Shown: piece by piece, positions 59,187 through 64,000 of the stretch
How positions within the stretch are numbered: position 1 is the stretch's first letter
Layout of the letters: each line of letters begins with the position of its first letter
Source of the DNA: Bacteroidaceae bacterium
GTDB taxonomy: Bacteria > Bacteroidota > Bacteroidia > Bacteroidales > Barnesiellaceae_A
Direction: 5' to 3'
Length of the DNA: 64,000 bases
Assembly: GCA_017481745.1 (NCBI GenBank)
Contig: JAFUOV010000009.1
Span: 54,603-118,602, forward strand
Notes under the pieces: model-generated
Database searches by the model: none
The model's input: the letters and a program-made list of their open reading frames with translations, nothing else
Told to the model about the DNA's origin: nothing
Translations under genes and position numbers: made by a program

Positions 59187-59759
59187 ATGCCTCGCTACTC
59201 GATTGAAATATCAACAACTTCTATAGCGCTCGACACCTATATAGCTTCGTTTCGCGATGCCGAGCGTTTCGAGGCTTGTTGTCGTGCTTGCCCTCAATAT
59301 GGACGTAGCTGGGCGTGCCCTCCCTTCGATTTCGACGTTCTGCAACGTCTATCGCAATACTCTTCACTATTCCTTGTTGCTGCAAAGATTGTTCCGCACG
59401 ATAGCAATCTCACGTTTGAGGAGTTTAATACCCTTATTCGTCCCGAGCGCATCAAACTCGAAAGCCGTTTGTTGGCTCTTGAACGCCAATTTGGCGGATT
59501 GGCAGCATCTTATGTAGGTACTTGTCTGCACTGCCCACAAGGCTCTTGCACACGCCCCAATGGCGCACCTTGCCGACATCCCGAGTTGGTGCGACCCTCG
59601 CTCGAAGCCTACGGTTTTGATATTGGGCGAACAACGAGCGAACTCTTCAATATCCGCCTTCAATGGAGCAAGAACAACGCCATGCCTCCATACGTTGTGT
59701 TAGTATCGGGCTTGTTTCACAACTCCGCTCAGGAAGTATCATGGCAAGCAAGTTTATAA
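59187..59759 (+). CDS. DUF2284-like predicted metal-binding protein
   Basis: 190 aa from ATG 59187. Cys-rich motifs CCRACPQYGRSWACPP and CLHCPQGSCTRPNGAPCRHP. The track ORF starts at 58935, but that part overlaps lrgB out of frame. Confidence 0.6.
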   Translation: MPRYSIEISTTSIALDTYIASFRDAERFEACCRACPQYGRSWACPPFDFDVLQRLSQYSSLFLVAAKIVPHDSNLTFEEFNTLIRPERIKLESRLLALERQFGGLAASYVGTCLHCPQGSCTRPNGAPCRHPELVRPSLEAYGFDIGRTTSELFNIRLQWSKNNAMPPYVVLVSGLFHNSAQEVSWQASL

Positions 59760-59786
59760 GTATAACCTTTAAAATCGAACTACAAT

Positions 59787-60347
59787 ATGAGAAAAAATTT
59801 TGGTGTCAAAACGTGGCTATATCCCATGCCCGTATTTATTGTGGCTGCATACGACGAGAATGGCGTGCCTAACGCCATGAATGCCGCTTGGGGTGGCATT
59901 TACACCGACGATATGGTGGGTATATGTCTTGCCGAAGACCACAAAACCACGCAGAATATTCTTGCCACAAAGGCTTTCACAGTGAGTATGGCAACAGCAA
60001 CGACCATTGCTGCTTGCGATTTTCTGGGTATCACTTCGGGCAAAACCATGCCCGATAAGATTGAACGTGCCGGATTGCACACCACAAAGTCGCAGTTTGT
60101 CAACGCACCTATTATCGACGAGCTGCCCATGACTATCGAGTGTCAATTGGTTTCTTACGACGACGATAGCAACTTTATGGTGGGGCGCATTGTCAATCTC
60201 TCTATCGACGATAGCGTGTTGAATGTCGACGGCAAGGTCGACTTGTCTTTGTTACGACCCATTACCTACGATGCCTGCAACCACCACTATCATGTCATTG
60301 GCGAAAAAGTAGGAAACGCATTCTCCGACGGCAAGGCTCTCAAATAA
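59787..60347 (+). CDS. Flavin reductase-like (FMN-binding split-barrel) protein
   Basis: 186 aa. PMPVFIVAAYDENGVPNAMNAAWGG... is typical of the flavin reductase domain family. Confidence 0.78.
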   Translation: MRKNFGVKTWLYPMPVFIVAAYDENGVPNAMNAAWGGIYTDDMVGICLAEDHKTTQNILATKAFTVSMATATTIAACDFLGITSGKTMPDKIERAGLHTTKSQFVNAPIIDELPMTIECQLVSYDDDSNFMVGRIVNLSIDDSVLNVDGKVDLSLLRPITYDACNHHYHVIGEKVGNAFSDGKALK

Positions 60348-60362
60348 GCAACCTTCAACTCC

Positions 60363-61358
60363 TTAACGAAATCCTATCCAACGGCACAAGCGCTTGGGTA
60401 GGATTTTGTTTACTACACCAATAAACACTGCCGACAGCAACAAGGTTACAATCCACTTTACACCCCAATGGATGGTGGCATAGGGTATCATCTTGGCTAC
60501 TCCTATCATGTAGCAATGTATGAGGAAGATACCGAGCGATATACGACCGCAATATTCTATCGGGCGAAATACCGACTTGCTGCAATAAGACCTTTCGCAA
60601 CGTTGGTTGAATAGCACCAAAATAACACCCAATGAATAGAGATACGACGATGGCTTGATACCCAATCCTTCGCCATAATGTTGCATCAGATAGTTGCCTT
60701 CTACACATTCAAGCAGCAACCCTGCACCGGCTGCGACAATCGAGATCCACAATGAATACTTGCGCGAATGTCCTGCCATATATACGCCCAACATATAGAA
60801 TAGCCACCATGTTGTGAAGGGGGCTGCATAGGCAAGCAGTGGCAACTCTACTCCCTCTACTATGCGCACGTGGCATACAATAGCTATCGCTGCCATGCTC
60901 ACAATGCCGGCGATACCGAGCATTGCACCGTTGTTATACTTGACAAGCAATGGTTGCAACAAGTAGTATTGTATGATAAGTGTGATAAAGTAGTATACGC
61001 TCACTCCGCCCACAAGCAGCAGTGCTATTTGCCCGATGATATTATTACCACCACTTTGCATCAGCTGCTCGGCAAAGAGTGGGAGCGACCATATAAGGCA
61101 AGGAATATATACGCGAGGTATCTGCTTCTTCCAAAATGTGTATGCTCCAATTCCTTTCTTGCTAAATTGTATTGTTGCAAAGTAGCCCGATAGTGCCAAG
61201 AATATTGGCACTGCACAATTCAGTACCTCTCTTGCCACGATGCTCACACCTGTCGGTTCCGACAATACAAAGGTGTGTATCCCTACCACCATGATGATGG
61301 CTATCCCTCGCCAAAAGTCGAAATAACCAATGCGCTTGTTTTCTGTTGTATCGCTCAT
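60363..61358 (-). CDS. Acyltransferase family 3 membrane protein (putative glycan O-acetyltransferase)
   Basis: 331 aa with about 10 TM segments. The N-terminal RIGYFDFWRGIAIIMVVGIHT is the Acyl_transf_3 signature. Confidence 0.85.
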   Translation of the reverse strand: MSDTTENKRIGYFDFWRGIAIIMVVGIHTFVLSEPTGVSIVAREVLNCAVPIFLALSGYFATIQFSKKGIGAYTFWKKQIPRVYIPCLIWSLPLFAEQLMQSGGNNIIGQIALLLVGGVSVYYFITLIIQYYLLQPLLVKYNNGAMLGIAGIVSMAAIAIVCHVRIVEGVELPLLAYAAPFTTWWLFYMLGVYMAGHSRKYSLWISIVAAGAGLLLECVEGNYLMQHYGEGLGIKPSSYLYSLGVILVLFNQRCERSYCSKSVFRPIEYCGRISLGIFLIHCYMIGVAKMIPYATIHWGVKWIVTLLLSAVFIGVVNKILPKRLCRWIGFR

Positions 61359-61364
61359 AACGTC

Positions 61365-62165
61365 TTATCTCTTTCTCAACTCCCAGAAAGCCACAGCGGC
61401 AGCGGCTGCCACATTGAGCGAATCTACCTGATGCGACATCGGTATCTTCACAACATAATCGGCTTCGGCTATCGTCTCTTGTGCGAGTCCGTCGCCTTCA
61501 GTGCCCATTACAATGGCGAGGCGAGGTTCTTCTTTCAGGATGGCATCGTCCAGCGAAATCGAGTTGTCGCTCAATGCCATGGCTGCTGTGCGAAATCCCT
61601 CTTGGTGCAGTGTGTGTATGGGTGCTTCGAGCCATGTCCATGGCACAAGAAACACCGAACCCATCGACACACGTATCGAGCGACGATTGAGCGGATCGCA
61701 CGATGTAGGGGTAAGCAATACGGCATCAATACCCAATGCTGCTGCCGAGCGGAATATAGCACCTATGTTGGTCGTGTCTACCACGCCATCTATCACTACT
61801 ATGCGATGTGCATTGTAGCACACATCGGCTACACTGCGAGGGGTAGGGCGGCGCATGGCACACAATACTCCGCGTGTGAGGGTGTATCCGGTGAGCGATG
61901 CAAGCAGTTCGCGCTCGCCTGTATATATGGGTATATCACCGCAACGCGACACGATATCGGCAGCATCACCCGTAATATGTTTGCGCTCGCACAGCAGTGC
62001 CAACGGCTCGTAGCCTGCTTCCAATGCTACCCGTATTACCTTGGGGCTTTCGGCTATAAAGATACCCTTGCCGGGGTCTATGCGGTTGCGTAGTTGAGCC
62101 TCGGTGAGGGTGGCAAACACCTCAACACCCGGCTGTGTCAGTGATGTGATTTCTATAATGGGCAT
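61365..62165 (-). CDS. TrmH/SpoU-family RNA 2'-O-methyltransferase
   Basis: 266 aa. SPOUT motifs NIGAIFRSAAALG, IVMGTEGDGL and IPM...VDSLNVAAAAAVAFWEL. Confidence 0.88.
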   Translation of the reverse strand: MPIIEITSLTQPGVEVFATLTEAQLRNRIDPGKGIFIAESPKVIRVALEAGYEPLALLCERKHITGDAADIVSRCGDIPIYTGERELLASLTGYTLTRGVLCAMRRPTPRSVADVCYNAHRIVVIDGVVDTTNIGAIFRSAAALGIDAVLLTPTSCDPLNRRSIRVSMGSVFLVPWTWLEAPIHTLHQEGFRTAAMALSDNSISLDDAILKEEPRLAIVMGTEGDGLAQETIAEADYVVKIPMSHQVDSLNVAAAAAVAFWELRKR

Positions 62166-62190
62166 ATTATCGCTCTTTTTGTAGTTGCTA

Positions 62191-64000
62191 TCAATAACCG
62201 GGATTTTGCATCAAATTCATATTGGTTTCGAGTTCTTGCTGTGGTATAGGCAACAACAATCGGTAATCTTCTACACCGCACACTTCTTTAGCCAATCCGG
62301 TACGTTTCAAGAATGCAAAGTATGTGCCGCTGTGCAACAAGGTCTGTTCGCGCACCGATTTTATCTCTTGTAGTATATTACCGCCTTCGGTAGTTATGTT
62401 TTTGGCTCTCTTTACTTCCGACAGATAGTTCTCTGCTTCATGCTCTCTACCCAGCATATAGTTACACTCTGCCAACGAAAGCATTACATCGGTCAGTGTC
62501 AGGTAGGGTATCTCTAATGGCTGTTCTATCGTAATATTTGCGCGTGTTCTGGTGCCGCTGTCGCATAGCAGCGCATATATCACTTCGCTGCTCGAGGCTG
62601 GTATCTGGCAGATATCGCCACTCGTTGTGTCAAACTCGTAAAATCCCGCCTCTACCACTTGTCTCAGCAAGTCGTTTGCTTCGTTGTATTTACCTTCGTA
62701 GAGGCAGATGTTAGCCAACAGAACGCGCGCTACATCTTTCGATGCAAAGAACAATCCGTTGAAGTCTTGAGTCGACTCGTTTTTCTTTTCGGGAAGAACC
62801 TCAATAGCATATCTTAAGTTATCCTCCAATTGGGCAAAAATCTCGGTCGCATTGGTTTGAGGAGCACCGCCCCATTCAACCGATTGTTGTATATCGTTAT
62901 ACTCTCTCAAGTAGGGCACGTCTCCCCAGCCATATACAAGGGTCGAGTAGCAGATAGCACTCAGTATATTGCAATAATCACCATATACATTCAGGCTCTT
63001 TTCGTCGGCATTTTTCAGGGTCAGTACCGCATTGCCGGCTGCATACAATTCGTTCCAAGCTTTAGCTATGCAACTTGCCGTAGGCGATACATTTTTATTT
63101 ACCAAGTCGAGCCCTGCGTTGTAGTTGTAGTATTGCTCTATCATGTTATACTCGCACAAGCCTGTCGCCAATCTCATGGCTATATTGGCCACCATAGCCT
63201 TGCCGGTTTCGCCCAAGGCGGGTGTCTCTGTCGGGCTGGGGATATTCTGTCCATTACCTGCCTGATTGATGACTACCCTTGCCACAACATTGCCTACATA
63301 ATCATAGAGCATAATCTCTTTGCTCTTATCTATACTCGATTGCAATGTTGCAACTGCTATATTCAATTGCTTTCCGGCAAGTTCTACCGTACAGCTTATC
63401 TTGTTGTGGTCCGATATATTACTGTCATAGCCCTCATACAATCCATCCATTATGCTCTCGATAACATCTGTTGTAGGTGCATCAATAATGATGTCTTCAT
63501 CCATTTGAGGCTCTAAATATACCGCTATGGGCGATGTTATTGTTACTGTGTACGAGCCGCCTTCGTTGGGTACATTGATAGTCGCAGGGTCTACAACCAC
63601 CAACTCATTCTCTTTCAGCGTTTCATTGCCGGCTTTTCCATCGCCGTCCCAGTCTATATATTGCAATATATTCTTCACCTTTACATCTATTCCGAGGTCT
63701 TTATATCGCTCTATAATATTCTCACGAATGTCAGTCAGACGGTATGCCAACTTGCACTTATCGCTCTCTATTTCGGTCTTTATCTCCTCCGAGAAAACAC
63801 CATTTTTGCCAAAGTCCTCACACAATTTTGCCAAGTACTCAGTCAGTTCCGCCTCACTTCTATCCACCAACAACAGCGACGAGATGGCTATCAATGCAGC
63901 CGCTTCGTCAGTTCCGGCTGTTATAGTAAACAACGAAACCTCCTTGTTGGCAAACTGCTCAAGAGCAAACGCCTTGAACAACTCCCTCTGTGCAGTGTTG
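62191..64000 (-). CDS. SusD/RagB-like outer-membrane lipoprotein domain with a long non-SusD N-terminal extension. The gene is 5'-truncated by the window edge
   Basis: The C-terminal ~330 aa have SusD-like features (AKAWNELYA, WGDVPY, ARVLLANICLY.GKYNEA, terminal LLPIPQQELETNMNLMQNPGY). The reading frame is still open at position 64000. Confidence 0.7.
   Translation of the reverse strand, partial: NTAQRELFKAFALEQFANKEVSLFTITAGTDEAAALIAISSLLLVDRSEAELTEYLAKLCEDFGKNGVFSEEIKTEIESDKCKLAYRLTDIRENIIERYKDLGIDVKVKNILQYIDWDGDGKAGNETLKENELVVVDPATINVPNEGGSYTVTITSPIAVYLEPQMDEDIIIDAPTTDVIESIMDGLYEGYDSNISDHNKISCTVELAGKQLNIAVATLQSSIDKSKEIMLYDYVGNVVARVVINQAGNGQNIPSPTETPALGETGKAMVANIAMRLATGLCEYNMIEQYYNYNAGLDLVNKNVSPTASCIAKAWNELYAAGNAVLTLKNADEKSLNVYGDYCNILSAICYSTLVYGWGDVPYLREYNDIQQSVEWGGAPQTNATEIFAQLEDNLRYAIEVLPEKKNESTQDFNGLFFASKDVARVLLANICLYEGKYNEANDLLRQVVEAGFYEFDTTSGDICQIPASSSEVIYALLCDSGTRTRANITIEQPLEIPYLTLTDVMLSLAECNYMLGREHEAENYLSEVKRAKNITTEGGNILQEIKSVREQTLLHSGTYFAFLKRTGLAKEVCGVEDYRLLLPIPQQELETNMNLMQNPGY

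Noticed and set aside
61275-62093. 272-aa plus-strand ORF
   Set aside because: It is antisense to the TrmH/SpoU methyltransferase, which has clear SPOUT motifs. The product is Cys/His/Tyr/Arg-rich low complexity.

Overview
This is a chromosomal window from a Bacteroidota, most likely Bacteroidales. The taxon call rests on an SprA/T9SS gene, a UpxY-type antiterminator, TTTG-N19-20-TAnnTTTG promoters and a SusD-like gene. Housekeeping genes flank the window on both sides. Left flank: sprA (partial), ruvA, vanZ-like, folP, cdaA and a TonB-dependent receptor. Right flank: ECF sigma, a second TonB-dependent receptor, fabG, tetR, initiator tRNA-Met, rpsF-rpsR-rplI, an ABC-F ATPase, three glycosyltransferases, recQ, lrgAB, DUF2284, a flavin reductase, an acyltransferase, a TrmH methyltransferase and a partial SusD-like gene. 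The centre (about 11.9-44.2 kb) is one co-directional capsular/O-antigen-type polysaccharide locus of about 31 genes. It starts with upxY and ends at a clear terminator. It encodes Wzx, Wzy, a PglC-like initiating phosphoglycosyl transferase, about six glycosyltransferases, fnlABC plus wbuB/wbuC (L-FucNAc), and ugd plus UDP-GlcA 4-epimerase (UDP-GalA). The unusual content is a GalA-kinase-like GHMP kinase with its own nucleotidyltransferase, a carboxyethyl-ornithine-synthase-like dehydrogenase, a CapA-like protein, and eight ATP-grasp ligases of three families. My main hypothesis is that this locus makes a capsule heavily decorated with amide-linked amino acids, opine-type amino acids or short peptides (teichuronopeptide-like). 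I know of no characterised example in Bacteroidota. The locus is also a GC mosaic. It carries a four-helix-bundle gene cassette flanked by inverted TTTAGAG heptad arrays, and related repeats occur elsewhere in the window. All homology calls are from reading the translated ORFs and recalling motifs. No database search was run.
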